From: Patescibacteria group bacterium
Lineage (GTDB): Bacteria > Patescibacteriota > Patescibacteriia > UBA9934
Reading direction: 5' to 3'
Length of the DNA: 64,000 bases
NCBI GenBank assembly: GCA_038064675.1
Contig: JBBTSM010000002.1
Span: 70,507 to 134,506 of the forward strand
The translations under genes were made by a program, and so were the position numbers. How positions within the stretch are numbered: the stretch's first letter is position 1; every line of letters begins with the position of its first letter. The notes beneath the pieces are model-generated. The model did not search any database and was not told where the DNA came from. It saw only the letters and a list, made by a program, of their open reading frames with translations. Below, in pieces: positions 8,210 to 19,029 of the stretch.

Positions 8210-10633
8210 ATGCGGAATTTGATAGGATGGTGCGGAGATATGCAGAACATCACCCTTTCACCGTCGTGGATTGTTTTTCTTGCGTGCATTGGCATTGGCG
8301 CCGGAATCTCTTTCGCGTCGTGGTTATCGATCGTACCGATCGTGACCGTTGCAACCGCATCATTTGGAATATTGTTTTGGGTAACGCGCTCGATTCCCAA
8401 AAGGGATCGGGCGCTTCTGGTTAGCGTGTTCGCGATCGGCGTTCTTCTCGGCGCCGGGCGATATTGGAGCGTGGGGCCTGGAGTGAATTCAATCGCGAAC
8501 GATGTTGGTCACCACGCAGTCGTCGAAGGATTGATTGTTGGATCCGATCTTGGCGATGACGGCGTAACATATACACTTACCGATCTTGTCGTCGACGATT
8601 CGCATCGTGATGATCGACTTCTCGTTCGTGCACCAATCTCAGCGGTTATAATCATTGGTGATCGCATTAATACATCATGCGTCATTGAATCTCCGCAACC
8701 GTTCGACGGTTTTGCGTACGATCGGTTTCTTGCGGCGAAGTCGGTGTACGCAATCTGCTCACCATCTGCTGCTCCGTTTATCATCGATGATGATCGTGTG
8801 AATACGGTTCGTGTTCAATGGTGGAAAATGATCGGTGCGATTCATGAGTTTGTTGATCATCGTGTGCGGTCGATCCTGCCGGAACCGCAGGCCACGTTGC
8901 TCCTCGGCTTGTTGATGGGGGAGAATTCGTTTTCAGAAACGTGGAAAATAATGTTTCGCGAAACGGGAACGAGTCATATTGTTGCGGCGAGTGGATATAA
9001 CGTGGCTGTTGTTGCTGATCTTGCACTGATTCTTCTGGTCACACTCGGACTGTATCGACGACAAGCGTATCCGATCGCTATCCTCATGATTGGCGGATTC
9101 GTCATTATCGCCGGCGCTGGCGCCGCAGTGATTCGTGCTGGAGTGATGGGCGTTCTTGCACTGACATCGCGACATATCGGTCGCCACACGTCGCCGCGAA
9201 ATATTATCGCACTTACGATCGCCGCCATGCTTCTCGTCGAACCGCGATTACTGCGTGACGATGTCGGGTTCCAATTGTCGATTGCTGCCACAATCGGTCT
9301 CATCGTACTCACCGACCGTATCGCTCCGATACTGAAACGGGTTCCGACCTCGTTTGGCGTTCGCGAATCACTCGCATCAACTCTTGCGGCAACCATTTCG
9401 ACCCTGCCGATCACGCTCGTCTCATTCGGCTCGCTTTCGGTCGTCGCTCCGTTCGTAAACATGCTCGTGTTACCGTTCATTCCGTTCGCGATGGCATTCG
9501 GTGCAGGATCGATTCTGGTTTCATCGATCGTGCCGCAAATCGGAGTTTGGATTGCGCTTCCTGCATGGACCGCTTTAGCTTCGATGACTGGCATTATCGG
9601 AGCTTTTGCTCGAATTCCATTCGCCTCGGTGCCGATCCCACCCTCGATCGCAGTGATCATTTCGATGATCGGACTCGCAACCGTGGCATCGATAATCCGC
9701 AAGCTTCATCCGGCATTTGAGCGCGATCTTGATTCCTGGCACTGGGAGCACATTCGATTCATGATTGGTGCTTTTGTTCTACTCTTCATTATCAATATCG
9801 GCATCATTGGAATCCGCGGCGAGCGATGGAATACGAAAGGTGTTCACGTGTGGGTGTTTGATGTTGGACAAGGTGATGGAATCTATCTCGACGGTGCAGA
9901 TCGCGACATCGTTATCGACGGCGGACCAACGCGATTTGGCATGCTCGAAAAATTGGCGACAGTACGTTTTCCGTGGGAGCGACATTTGGACGTGGTTATT
10001 GCAACTCATCCCCACGCTGACCACATTATTGGTCTTATAGGACTTATCGGTTCCTATTCCGTCGACGAAATCCTTAATAACGGCATGACGTACTCGGCTC
10101 CATCGGCTGAGGCCTTCACCGACATCTCTCCCCCTTACGAAGGCGCTCGACGAGCCGAAGCGGGCGAGGAGAGTGTAGTCGGAGGGGGTCGAGAAATTGC
10201 GCATCAAGGCATCTCGTGGTCGCTCGGTCCGGATTCGATCTTACAAATTCTCTGGCCTCCCGATGCCACCACTGACATCGTTGCCGACAACGTTCACGCT
10301 CGTTCAATCGTTGCGCTTCTCACGGTCGGCGAGAAGAAGATGTTGTTCACCGGCGATGCAGAGGCCGAGATTGAAGCGCAACTCGGCAACATCGGTCACG
10401 TTGACATCCTCAAAGTTGGCCACCACGGAAGTGATACATCGTCTGGCCTCGATTTTCTGGAAATATTAAAGCCGGAATACGCGATTATCTCCGTTGGCGC
10501 CGATAATCATTACGGACATCCAACTCCTTTTACGATCGGACGATTGGAATCAGTTGGGGGTCAGATATTCCGGACTGATCTGGTTGGTGATATTTTGATC
10601 GATATCAACCCTAAAAATATTATCGTTTATTAA
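8210..10633 (+). CDS. comEC: DNA internalisation/competence protein ComEC/Rec2 with a C-terminal metallo-beta-lactamase domain
   Basis: polytopic membrane core, a competence domain, and an MBL motif series (VGQGDG, HPHADH, KVGHHGSDTS). Confidence 0.85.
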   Translation: MRNLIGWCGDMQNITLSPSWIVFLACIGIGAGISFASWLSIVPIVTVATASFGILFWVTRSIPKRDRALLVSVFAIGVLLGAGRYWSVGPGVNSIANDVGHHAVVEGLIVGSDLGDDGVTYTLTDLVVDDSHRDDRLLVRAPISAVIIIGDRINTSCVIESPQPFDGFAYDRFLAAKSVYAICSPSAAPFIIDDDRVNTVRVQWWKMIGAIHEFVDHRVRSILPEPQATLLLGLLMGENSFSETWKIMFRETGTSHIVAASGYNVAVVADLALILLVTLGLYRRQAYPIAILMIGGFVIIAGAGAAVIRAGVMGVLALTSRHIGRHTSPRNIIALTIAAMLLVEPRLLRDDVGFQLSIAATIGLIVLTDRIAPILKRVPTSFGVRESLASTLAATISTLPITLVSFGSLSVVAPFVNMLVLPFIPFAMAFGAGSILVSSIVPQIGVWIALPAWTALASMTGIIGAFARIPFASVPIPPSIAVIISMIGLATVASIIRKLHPAFERDLDSWHWEHIRFMIGAFVLLFIINIGIIGIRGERWNTKGVHVWVFDVGQGDGIYLDGADRDIVIDGGPTRFGMLEKLATVRFPWERHLDVVIATHPHADHIIGLIGLIGSYSVDEILNNGMTYSAPSAEAFTDISPPYEGARRAEAGEESVVGGGREIAHQGISWSLGPDSILQILWPPDATTDIVADNVHARSIVALLTVGEKKMLFTGDAEAEIEAQLGNIGHVDILKVGHHGSDTSSGLDFLEILKPEYAIISVGADNHYGHPTPFTIGRLESVGGQIFRTDLVGDILIDINPKNIIVY

Positions 10634-10652
10634 GCTTTCGGAGCCTCGCCCA

Positions 10653-10691
10653 ACTTGCCCAAGGCGTAATCGCCGATCGCCCAACTTGCCC
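10653..10691. repeat. direct repeat CGCCCAACTTGCCCA x2 (24-bp pitch) in the comEC-ndk spacer
   Basis: seen at 10653-10667 and 10677-10691, flanking a GCCGATCGCCC palindrome. Confidence 0.4.
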
Positions 10692-10739
10692 ATTCTCACC
10701 GTTTCGACTACACTCTCCGCAAATCTTAGCCCAAATTCT

Positions 10740-11201
10740 ATGGCAGATATTCAGCGAACCTTGGTGCTCATCAAGCCGGACGCATTGCAGCGTGAGTTGG
10801 TTGGCGAAGTTCTTTCGCGTTTTGAGCGTAAGGGCTTGAAAATGGTGGCAATGAAGATGATGCATTTGAATGAGGAAGTGTTGGCCGATCACTACGCTCA
10901 TCAAAAGGAAAAGCCATTTTTCTCATCGTTGGTGAAGTATATGCGCCAAACGCCAGTTGTGGCAGTGGTGTATGAGGGTCTTGGTGTAATTAATGAAGTT
11001 CGCAAAGTGGTTGGCGCTACGAATCCCCGTGATGCTGACGCCGGTACAATCCGCGCTGATCTTTCTATGGACATTGGTTCAAATATGATTCACGCGTCTG
11101 ATTCTGTTGAGGCTTCCGATGTAGAGATTAAGCGCTTCTTTAAAGATGACGAGCTCTTCACTTACGAAAAGCTCACCGACCGTTTCCACTTTGGTGGGTA
11201 A
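10740..11201 (+). CDS. ndk: nucleoside diphosphate kinase
   Basis: ERTLVLIKPDA, the active-site region NMIHASDS and a length of about 153 aa. Confidence 0.9.
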   Translation: MADIQRTLVLIKPDALQRELVGEVLSRFERKGLKMVAMKMMHLNEEVLADHYAHQKEKPFFSSLVKYMRQTPVVAVVYEGLGVINEVRKVVGATNPRDADAGTIRADLSMDIGSNMIHASDSVEASDVEIKRFFKDDELFTYEKLTDRFHFGG

Positions 11202-11281
11202 TTCACACCGAAGAACAAGGCCGCTCCGTCATGGAGCGGTTTTGTGTTTTTAGTCTTCGATCCGTATACTTTGATCCATCT

Positions 11282-12577
11282 ATGAACATGATGAAAATCG
11301 TCGGTGGGAAGCCCCTGAAAGGATCGGTGAAGATTGCGGGGGCAAAGAATGCGGCATCAAAAATGATTATCGCGACGTTGCTGACGGATGGGGAAGTGAC
11401 GTTGCACAATATTCCATTGCAGAAAGAATCGGAAATCGCCCGCGAACTTGTAACGACGCTTGGAGCAACCACAGAACTCGCCGATCACACGTTGACGATC
11501 CGTGTAGCTGAGATCGGCTCATCGTCCGCGATGTCGTTGTCCCGTAAGAACCGCTTGGCGATTTTGGCGCTCGCTCCGTTGCTCCATCGAACCGGGGAGG
11601 CATTTGTGCCGTCACTTGGGGGGGACAAGATTGGTCCACGTCCGGTGAACTTTCACATCGATCTTCTGGAATCAATGGGCGCGATGATTGAAGTCGATGC
11701 TGAAGGCTATCACGCGAAGGCGCTAAGCGGATTGAGGGGTGCGATTATTGACCTTCCGTATCCATCGGTTGGATCGACGGAAACTGCGCTGTTCGCTGGC
11801 GTGCTCGCAAAGGGGCGAACCGTTATCAAGAACGCCGCAATCGAGCCAGAAATTATCGAGCTCATCATGATGCTTCAGAAGATGGGCGCCATCATCGAGC
11901 TTGGTGCGGGTCGTCATATCGAAATTATCGGTGTAGAGAAATTGCATGGTTGCGAACACACGGTGGTTGCGGATCGCATGGAGGCGGCAAGTTTTGCGAG
12001 CATGGCGTTGGCAACGCGCGGTGAGATTTTCTGTGAAGGCGCGGTGCATCGCGACATGATTACCTTTTTGAACGCCGTTCGTCTCGTGGGTGGCGACTAT
12101 GAGGTTCGCGAGAACGGGATTCTTTTCAAGGGCGCAGCGAAGTACAAAGGAATCCAAATCGAAACCGACACGCATCCTGGTTTCATGACCGACTGGCAGC
12201 AGCCATTTCTCGTCGCAATGACGCAAGCCGAGGGAACGTCTGTGATTCACGAGACGGTGTATGAAGAGCGATTCGGATACACCGATGTACTGAAGGAAAT
12301 GGGCGCAGATGTCACGTTATTCGATACGTGTCTTGGTGAGGTTGTGTGCCGATTTAAGGATCACAACCACAAGCATTCCGCGATCATTAAAGGCCCAACG
12401 CCATTGCACGGTGTCACCACTCAGCTGCTCGACATTCGAGCCGGATTGGCTTGTGTTATCGCGGCGCTGGTCGCGGATGGGGAATCTACGCTCAGCGGAT
12501 TTGAGCATCTCGAGCGTGGATACGAAGACCTCTACGGCAAGTTGAAAGCGGTCGGTGCAAATGTAACCGCATCCTAA
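11282..12577 (+). CDS. murA: UDP-N-acetylglucosamine 1-carboxyvinyltransferase
   Basis: KIVGGKPLKGSVKIAGAKNA N-terminus and EPT-fold repeats; a length of about 431 aa. Confidence 0.8.
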   Translation: MNMMKIVGGKPLKGSVKIAGAKNAASKMIIATLLTDGEVTLHNIPLQKESEIARELVTTLGATTELADHTLTIRVAEIGSSSAMSLSRKNRLAILALAPLLHRTGEAFVPSLGGDKIGPRPVNFHIDLLESMGAMIEVDAEGYHAKALSGLRGAIIDLPYPSVGSTETALFAGVLAKGRTVIKNAAIEPEIIELIMMLQKMGAIIELGAGRHIEIIGVEKLHGCEHTVVADRMEAASFASMALATRGEIFCEGAVHRDMITFLNAVRLVGGDYEVRENGILFKGAAKYKGIQIETDTHPGFMTDWQQPFLVAMTQAEGTSVIHETVYEERFGYTDVLKEMGADVTLFDTCLGEVVCRFKDHNHKHSAIIKGPTPLHGVTTQLLDIRAGLACVIAALVADGESTLSGFEHLERGYEDLYGKLKAVGANVTAS

Positions 12578-12592
12578 GGATTGATTTGTTTT

Positions 12593-13273
12593 ATGTTGCT
12601 CCAACTCTTCTTCTCCATGCCGATGCTCGCGTTCGTCTGGCTGACGGCGCTGATCATTGCCTTAACGGTTCACGAATTTGCTCATGCGATTGTGGGGAAG
12701 TGGCGTGGCGACGACACGGCGGAAAAATTTGGCAGGCTTTCGCTGAGCCCGTTGTCGCACATCGATCCTCTCGGATTCCTCATGCTCGTTACGATTGGTT
12801 TTGGTTGGGCAAAACCCGTGCCATTTGATCCGCGAAATTTGAAATCGCCGTTGAAAGACGGATTGTTGATCGCGCTTGCTGGACCGATTTCGAATTTGAT
12901 CATGGCCACAGTTGCAGCGGCATTGTTTCGAATCTTCCTTGAAACTGGCGTTGTTCGCATGGACACGATGCTCGGTGCGTTCCTTGTTCTGTCGGTTTTA
13001 GTGAACCTTTTACTTTTGGTGTTCAACCTTATTCCGGTGCATCCACTCGATGGATCGAAGCTCGTTGACGTCGTCACGTATCGTACAGGCTATGAATGGA
13101 TTGCACGGTGGTTACAGGTGAACGGTCCGCGTATCATGCTTGTTCTGGTATTGATTGCGCTCATGACATCGTACGACCCGTTTTACTTTATTCAACTTGC
13201 ATCGTATGCCGGATGTGATCAGTTGATTGGATCATCGTGCGGCGGATTGTTGGGGATGTATTTCGGCGGGTAG
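12593..13273 (+). CDS. peptidase M50 (site-2 protease) family membrane protein
   Basis: HEFAHA zinc motif inside the first TM helix, multiple TM segments. Confidence 0.6.
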   Translation: MLLQLFFSMPMLAFVWLTALIIALTVHEFAHAIVGKWRGDDTAEKFGRLSLSPLSHIDPLGFLMLVTIGFGWAKPVPFDPRNLKSPLKDGLLIALAGPISNLIMATVAAALFRIFLETGVVRMDTMLGAFLVLSVLVNLLLLVFNLIPVHPLDGSKLVDVVTYRTGYEWIARWLQVNGPRIMLVLVLIALMTSYDPFYFIQLASYAGCDQLIGSSCGGLLGMYFGG

Positions 13274-13275
13274 GT

Positions 13276-13830
13276 ATGCCGAAGCTTACATTCGTTACCG
13301 GAAATTCGAATAAAGCGTTGGAAGTTGGGATGATTTTGGGGATCGACGACCTCGCGAATTGTGCAATCGATGCTCCGGAAATTCAGTCGTTTTCGCTTGA
13401 GGAGATTGTGAGAGCAAAGGCGGAGTTTGCGCAGAAGGTGTGCGGATCGCCGGTGGTTGTTGAGGACGTGGCGTTGCATTTTGATGCGCTTGGTGGCTTC
13501 CCTGGGCCGTTTGTGAAATTTTGGCAGAATGAAGTTGGCTATGATCGTGCGAATGAAATTCTTGAGCGCCTTGGGAATGATGTGGCGCTGGTTCGTTGTG
13601 GGGTGGGGTATTCGGATGGTGAGCGGTTTTTTTATGTTGAGGGGCAAAGGTCGGGGCGTCTGGTTTGTCCACGAGGGGAATCGATGATGGGTTTTGATCG
13701 GTACTTTTTGCCCGACGGCCAGGAAAAGACGTATGGCGAGATGTCGAAGGATGAAAAGAATGCCATTTCTCATCGGAAATTGGGTTGGGAGGCGATGCAG
13801 GTGAGGCTGAAGGGGGAAGGCGTCCTGTAA
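13276..13830 (+). CDS. rdgB: non-canonical purine NTP pyrophosphatase (RdgB/HAM1/ITPase family)
   Basis: N-terminal FVTGNSNKALE motif, and a length of about 184 aa. Confidence 0.75.
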   Translation: MPKLTFVTGNSNKALEVGMILGIDDLANCAIDAPEIQSFSLEEIVRAKAEFAQKVCGSPVVVEDVALHFDALGGFPGPFVKFWQNEVGYDRANEILERLGNDVALVRCGVGYSDGERFFYVEGQRSGRLVCPRGESMMGFDRYFLPDGQEKTYGEMSKDEKNAISHRKLGWEAMQVRLKGEGVL

Positions 13831-13921
13831 ACACAGGGGCTTCCGTTGACCCATTTTTTGGCTTGTGGTAGGCTTTTGCTACTTTTAAACAGGGTGTTCT
13901 CATTGTGAGGACGCACGCATT

Positions 13922-14359
13922 ATGCCAACAATCAATCAACTTCTCCGAAAGGGTCGCACAAAAGCGAAGAACAAGAGTGCTTCGCCTGCGATGCAGTACA
14001 CTTTGGATTCCTTGCACCGCAAGAAAACCATGCTTCGCAAAGGCGCACCATTCAAGCGTGGCGTGTGTGTGAAGGTCACCACCATGACTCCAAAAAAGCC
14101 AAACTCGGCTTTGCGTAAAGTGGCTCGTGTCCGTCTTTCGAACGGTACCGAGGTCACCGCGTACATCCCAGGAGAAGGCCACAACCTTCAGGAGCACTCC
14201 ATCGTCATGATCCGTGGCGGACGTGTGAAGGACTTGCCAGGTGTTCGCTACCACATCATCCGTGGTCGTTACGACGCTGCTGGTGTAGAAGGCCGCAACC
14301 GCAGCCGTTCATTGTACGGAACGAAGCGTCCAAAGAAGGGTGCAGCCAAGAAGAAATAA
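13922..14359 (+). CDS. rpsL: 30S ribosomal protein S12
   Basis: [34 protein letters not shown]. Confidence 0.97.
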   Translation: MPTINQLLRKGRTKAKNKSASPAMQYTLDSLHRKKTMLRKGAPFKRGVCVKVTTMTPKKPNSALRKVARVRLSNGTEVTAYIPGEGHNLQEHSIVMIRGGRVKDLPGVRYHIIRGRYDAAGVEGRNRSRSLYGTKRPKKGAAKKK

Positions 14360-14519
14360 GAGAGACTTGGCCATCTGGCCTAGTTCCGAGTCGCGACATT
14401 GGGTCGTGCATCGAAACTAGGCTCAGATGGAAAGCCTCAGGGTCGGTCGGATTAATTTATAGATACCGAGTACCACATCCACGTGGGAAGCAAAACGGTG
14501 TCGCCAAAAGAAATATAAT

Positions 14520-14987
14520 ATGCGTGGTAAAGCCGCTCCAAAGCGCAATCTCGCTCCTGATGCAAAATACGGGAGCGTTTTGGTTGCCAAGTTAGTCAAT
14601 TACGTCATGGAAAGTGGAAAGAAGAGTATTGCTCGCGGCATTGTGTACGATGCATTCGACATCATTGCGACTGAAACAAAGGCCGATCCATTGGAAGTCT
14701 TTGATACTGCAATCAAGAACGTCACCCCGGCAGTGGAAGTGAAGAGCAAGCGCGTTGGTGGCGCAAACTACCAGGTGCCAATGCCAGTACGTGGAGATCG
14801 TCGTTATGCTTTGGCATACCGCTGGATTCTCGTTGCGGCACGTGGAAAGAAGGGCCGTCCAATGTGTGAGAAGCTTGCAGAGGAGTTGATTGCAGCATCC
14901 AAGAACGAAGGCGATGCGGTGAAAAAGAAGTTGGATGTTCAGCGTATGGCAGAGGCGAACCGTGCCTTCGCTCACTTGGCCCGATAG
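14520..14987 (+). CDS. rpsG: 30S ribosomal protein S7
   Basis: typical S7 sequence; sits between rpsL and fusA in the str operon. Confidence 0.95.
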   Translation: MRGKAAPKRNLAPDAKYGSVLVAKLVNYVMESGKKSIARGIVYDAFDIIATETKADPLEVFDTAIKNVTPAVEVKSKRVGGANYQVPMPVRGDRRYALAYRWILVAARGKKGRPMCEKLAEELIAASKNEGDAVKKKLDVQRMAEANRAFAHLAR

Positions 14988-15127
14988 AGGCTTCCTCAGT
15001 TGGCCGATTTTGGGCTTGCGCCATCGGAAATTTCCTCAACGTACCGTTAAGTACGTCTCGGAAACTTTCCTCGTCGCGCACCCAAACTCGTCGCAACTGA
15101 GAAACCCTCTGTAAATCTTTTTCTTAT

Positions 15128-17215
15128 ATGAACCGTGATTATCCATTGGAACGGGTTCGGAACATCGGAATCATTGCGCACATCGATGCGGGAAAGACCA
15201 CCACAACGGAGCGCGTGTTGTACTACACCGGCAAGAAGCACAAAATTGGTGAAGTGCACGAAGGTGAAGCAACCATGGACTGGATGGAGCAGGAACAGGA
15301 GCGCGGTATTACCATCACGGCTGCTGCAACCACGTGTTTCTGGAAAGATCACCGCATTAACATTATCGACACCCCTGGCCACGTGGACTTCACCGTGGAA
15401 GTGGAGCGTTCGCTTCGCGTGCTCGACGGTGGTGTAACCGTGTTCGACGGTGTTGCTGGCGTGGAGCCGCAGTCCGAGACCGTTTGGCACCAGGCCGATA
15501 AATACCATGTTCCTCGCGTGTGTTTCATTAACAAGCTCGATCGTACGGGTGCCGACTTCTACAAGGACGTTGACTCCATCCGCAAGCGCTTGGCGCCAAA
15601 CGCATACCCAATCCAGCTCCCAATCGGAACTGAAAGCAATTTCGTTGGAATTATTGATCTGCTCTTGCGCAAGGCGTTCATTTATAAGGACGACATGGGC
15701 AAGGTGGTGGACGAAATTGAAATTCCAGACGAATACAAGGAAAAGGCTGAGGAATACCGCAAGAACTTGGTTGAAGCAATCGTCGCAGAAGACGAAGCAT
15801 TACTCGACCGCTTCTTTGCTGGTGAAGAAATTCCTGTTCCAGAATTGAAGGTTGCGTTGCGTAAGGGGGTTGTCTCGCTGAAGATTTTCCCAATTCTTTG
15901 CGGCTCTGCCTTGAAGAACAAGGGCGTTCAGCAGATGCTCGACGCGGTTGTGGACTATTTGCCATCGCCAATCGACGTTCCACCAATTACCGGATTCAAT
16001 CCAGACGATCACGAAGAATTGATTGCCTGCCCGCCAAAGGACGACGCGCCTTTTGCTGCGCTTGCGTTCAAGATTGCTGCAGATCCATTTGTTGGAAAGC
16101 TTGCGTTCTTCCGCGTGTACTCTGGTTCAATCAAGGCTGGAACGTACGTGTTGAACACCGCGACTGGCGACAAGGAGCGCATTTCTCGCATTGTTCGTTT
16201 GCACGCAAACAGCCGTGAAGATGTGGAAGAAGTGTTCGCTGGAGAAATTGCCGCAGCCGTTGGCTTGAAAAATACGTCAACCGGTCACACGCTCTGCGAC
16301 GCAGATCACCCAGTGGTTCTTGAATCCATCACGTTCCCAGAGCCAGTGATTTCTCAGGCGCTTGAGCCAAAGACGAAGGCTGACCAGGAAAAGATGGGTG
16401 TTGCGCTCCAGAAACTCAAGGAAGAAGATCCAACATTTCACGTCCATACGGATGCAGATTCCAATCAGACGATTATCGCTGGTATGGGAGAGCTCCACTT
16501 GGAAATTATGGTGGACCGCATGGAGCGCGAATACGGTGTGGAAGCAAACGTGGGTCGCCCACAGGTTGCATACCGCGAAACGATTCGTTCATCTGCAGAA
16601 GGAGAGGGAAAGTACATCAAGCAGTCTGGTGGACGCGGTCAGTACGGACATTGTTGGTTGCGTGTGGAGCCAAACACCGGCGAGGACGCAAAGAACTTCG
16701 AGTTCTTTGAAGAAACAAAGGGTGGATCCATTCCTCGCGAATACATTCCGGCAATTGAAAAGGGTGCGCGTGAATCCATGGATCGCGGTGCGATTGCAGG
16801 ATTCCCACTCATCAATATCAAGGTCACCGTGTTCGACGGAAGCTACCACGATGTGGACTCCAACGAAGCAGCCTTCAAAATGGCCGGAAGCATGGCATTC
16901 CAGGAAGCCGTCAAGAACGCAAAACCAGTGTTGCTCGAACCAATGATGAAGGTGGAAGCGGTTACGCCAGACGAGTTCATGGGATCCGTCGTCGGTGACT
17001 TGAACGGAAAGCGCGGACAGATCCAGGAAATGGGAGACCGCGGAAACATCAAGTTCGTGAAGGCACTCGTTCCACTCGCAGAAATGTTCGGCTACTCCAC
17101 ATCGCTCCGTTCCATGACTCAGGGTCGCGCAAGCTACTCCATGGAATTCGGCCAATACATGGAAGTGCCAAACAATGTCGCAAAGGCAATTGTCGAAGCG
17201 CGAACCGGGAAATAA
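15128..17215 (+). CDS. fusA: elongation factor G
   Basis: G1 [13 protein letters not shown]3 DTPGHVDF, 695 aa. Confidence 0.97.
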   Translation: MNRDYPLERVRNIGIIAHIDAGKTTTTERVLYYTGKKHKIGEVHEGEATMDWMEQEQERGITITAAATTCFWKDHRINIIDTPGHVDFTVEVERSLRVLDGGVTVFDGVAGVEPQSETVWHQADKYHVPRVCFINKLDRTGADFYKDVDSIRKRLAPNAYPIQLPIGTESNFVGIIDLLLRKAFIYKDDMGKVVDEIEIPDEYKEKAEEYRKNLVEAIVAEDEALLDRFFAGEEIPVPELKVALRKGVVSLKIFPILCGSALKNKGVQQMLDAVVDYLPSPIDVPPITGFNPDDHEELIACPPKDDAPFAALAFKIAADPFVGKLAFFRVYSGSIKAGTYVLNTATGDKERISRIVRLHANSREDVEEVFAGEIAAAVGLKNTSTGHTLCDADHPVVLESITFPEPVISQALEPKTKADQEKMGVALQKLKEEDPTFHVHTDADSNQTIIAGMGELHLEIMVDRMEREYGVEANVGRPQVAYRETIRSSAEGEGKYIKQSGGRGQYGHCWLRVEPNTGEDAKNFEFFEETKGGSIPREYIPAIEKGARESMDRGAIAGFPLINIKVTVFDGSYHDVDSNEAAFKMAGSMAFQEAVKNAKPVLLEPMMKVEAVTPDEFMGSVVGDLNGKRGQIQEMGDRGNIKFVKALVPLAEMFGYSTSLRSMTQGRASYSMEFGQYMEVPNNVAKAIVEARTGK

Positions 17216-17231
17216 ATCATTAAAAAACATT

Positions 17232-17261
17232 ACCGACCTCAGTTATGGGGTCGGTTTTGTT
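17232..17261 (+). terminator. rho-independent terminator after fusA (CCGACC..GGTCGG + TTTTGTT)
   Basis: accgacctcagttatggggtcggttttgtt directly after the fusA stop. Confidence 0.6.
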
Positions 17262-17321
17262 ATTCCAGCCATTGTTGTTTTGAACAGAGAGGAAGCGCTA
17301 ATCCTAAGCGTTGAAACAAGT

Positions 17322-17380
17322 GATGTATGAAAAAGCGAGCGACCCCAGCTCGCGCGTGGGAGCCGGGGTCGGTGTCGTCG
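17322..17380 (-). terminator. terminator module, copy 1 of a repeat of about 55 nt (stem GACCCCAGCTC/GAGCTGGGGTC, U-tract on the minus strand)
   Basis: hairpin 17341-17371 directly 3' of the stop of gene 17381-17749; the minus strand continues GCUCGCUUUUUCAU. Confidence 0.6.
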
Positions 17381-17749
17381 TCAGTCCTCGTTTTTGATCC
17401 ATGTCGTGCACGATCGCGGTCGGTGAATCGAGTAGGGAAGCTCGATCTTGATGCATGAGCACCGTGAGAGATTCGCCTCTGCCCACGCCCGCACAGCCCC
17501 GAGCAGAGCATCTCGGAAGATTTTGTCTTCGTCCGTCATGTAGGTGAACACATCGTCGCTCATCACGAGAATGTGTTCGCCAATTTCCATGCCGTCGAGA
17601 TCCCTTGGGAAGAAGACGGAGATTGGTTCTTTTTTGTTGCGGGGGGCGGGGCCTTTTTCCAGCGTTACGGCAATGATTGCCCGCTTCAGCTGAAGGACGT
17701 GATCCGGACGATCGGTGGACGGAATTCCGTAGACGAAGAAGTTTGACAA
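17381..17749 (-). CDS. hypothetical protein (122 aa)
   Basis: clean ORF with its own terminator; its N-terminal 50 aa are related to the N-terminus of the frameshifted gene upstream. Confidence 0.45.
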   Translation of the reverse strand: MSNFFVYGIPSTDRPDHVLQLKRAIIAVTLEKGPAPRNKKEPISVFFPRDLDGMEIGEHILVMSDDVFTYMTDEDKIFRDALLGAVRAWAEANLSRCSCIKIELPYSIHRPRSCTTWIKNED

Positions 17750-17812
17750 AAAGCACCTCGATGAAGTTAGCGATTAAAGATTACGGGATTTATTCTTTTG
17801 TGCCAAGAGAAA

Positions 17813-17879
17813 AAGCAGAACGACCCCAGCTCGCGCGTGGGAGCTGGGGTCGTGTGTCGTCTGACGTTGTCAGGTTCCG
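17813..17879 (-). terminator. terminator module, copy 2 of the repeat of about 55 nt
   Basis: hairpin 17832-17861, near-identical to 17341-17371, followed on the minus strand by GUUCUGCUUUUUCUC. Confidence 0.55.
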
Positions 17880-18319
17880 TGGAGAAGGCGGTCGAGGATG
17901 ATGTTGAAGCGAGTAGGCTCCTTCGGGCGAGAACTTGATCACGGTCGTCAGCCAGCCATCCTCCCGATTCCCGTTGAATTGCCACGTCCCTTCTTCGGGA
18001 TTCTGTTCAGGTGCTTCTTCACTTTCGATTCCTTGTTTCCTCCCGGTCAAGGTGTCGATACGAACCGATCCGATGGGGACGTTTCGCAACCCTCCCTTGA
18101 GAAGATCGGTAGTGATCTCGACGCGGATTTGGCGACCCTGAGGAACGCCGCGACCCATCCTTCGCCTTCGTGTAGTTGGAAGAAATCCGCGGGAGGAACG
18201 ACGACGCCGTTTTCCTGCAGACGTTCGCCGAGCTGCCGAACGACTTCTTCTGCGGCGGCTTTGCTCGTGCAGGACACTGTTGCGAGGGATCTTTCGTTCG
18301 GAAGACTCCAGAACGTCAT
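17880..18319 (-). pseudogene. frameshifted paralog of gene 17381-17749 (reading frame switches at least twice)
   Basis: an N-terminal piece (MTFWSLPNERSLATVSCTSKAAAEEVVRQLGERLQENGVVVPPADFFQLHEGEGW) sits in one frame, and protein-like continuation (RVEITTDLLKGGLRNVPIGSVRIDTLTGRK...) sits in another; the only long ORF reads through the terminator hairpin. Confidence 0.3.
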
Positions 18320-18532
18320 CGGCGGCGCCTGTGCCCATTCGGTGGGTATCCGCTCTCTCCGTCTTCCTCGGAGAGATGGCGCCGCTGCCGCACGAAGTAC
18401 GTCGAACGATCGGCGTCGTCGGTCGCTTCACAGGTTACCGAGACTTCGATACCGTCAGGGGTTTGAACCCAGCTCGTTTCGTCAACATTTTTCGCTTGCT
18501 CTTTCTTGGGTGCGTCTTTAAGATGCCTTTAT

Positions 18533-19009
18533 ATGGCGATCAATCATATTCCTCGATTACTGCGGTTGGCTCGAAGAACGGGCGATCGGTTGATTGTGAC
18601 AGATGAGACTGGGGGAGGGGAGCCGATGGTGATTTTGCCGTTGGAAGAGTATGAGGCTTTGATTGATCAAGCGTTTGGACCGGGTGAGGGGGCATTTGAG
18701 GACGGGGGAGCCGATTTGCCGGTATATGGGGATGGTCGGGCAAGGTCTGTGCCCATGCGGGAGGTTGAGGAAGAAGCCGAGGCGATGATTGAGTTGTCCG
18801 AGGAGATTATCGCTGAGGTCACTGACGAGGCGGCCGATGAGGCAGATATTGACGAGGAGGCGCTCAAGAGTCTTTGGCAGGTGCCGGAGTCCGTAGAGGA
18901 AGTGAAGGAAGACGTGAAAATCGCAGAAAAGCCACAGGAAGTGGCAAAAAAGAAGTCAAGTCGGGGCGAGGGAGGAGAAGAGGGGTTCTACCTGGAAGCG
19001 ATTGATTAG
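18533..19009 (+). CDS. Phd/YefM-antitoxin-like N-terminal domain fused to a long acidic (D/E-rich) tail; orphan, with no toxin partner
   Basis: DRLIVTDETGGGEPMVILPLEEYEALIDQ resembles the YefM/Phd core; the C-terminal 100 aa are about 40% D/E; the next gene is tuf. Confidence 0.45.
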   Translation: MAINHIPRLLRLARRTGDRLIVTDETGGGEPMVILPLEEYEALIDQAFGPGEGAFEDGGADLPVYGDGRARSVPMREVEEEAEAMIELSEEIIAEVTDEAADEADIDEEALKSLWQVPESVEEVKEDVKIAEKPQEVAKKKSSRGEGGEEGFYLEAID

Positions 19010-19029
19010 CCTTCCGTGTATAAGCGGAC

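Noticed and set aside
17790-18431. 213-aa minus-strand ORF as an intact gene
   Set aside because: Its C-terminus is the translation of the duplicated terminator hairpin and its N-terminus is Arg-rich nonsense. It is better explained as one frame of a frameshifted pseudogene.
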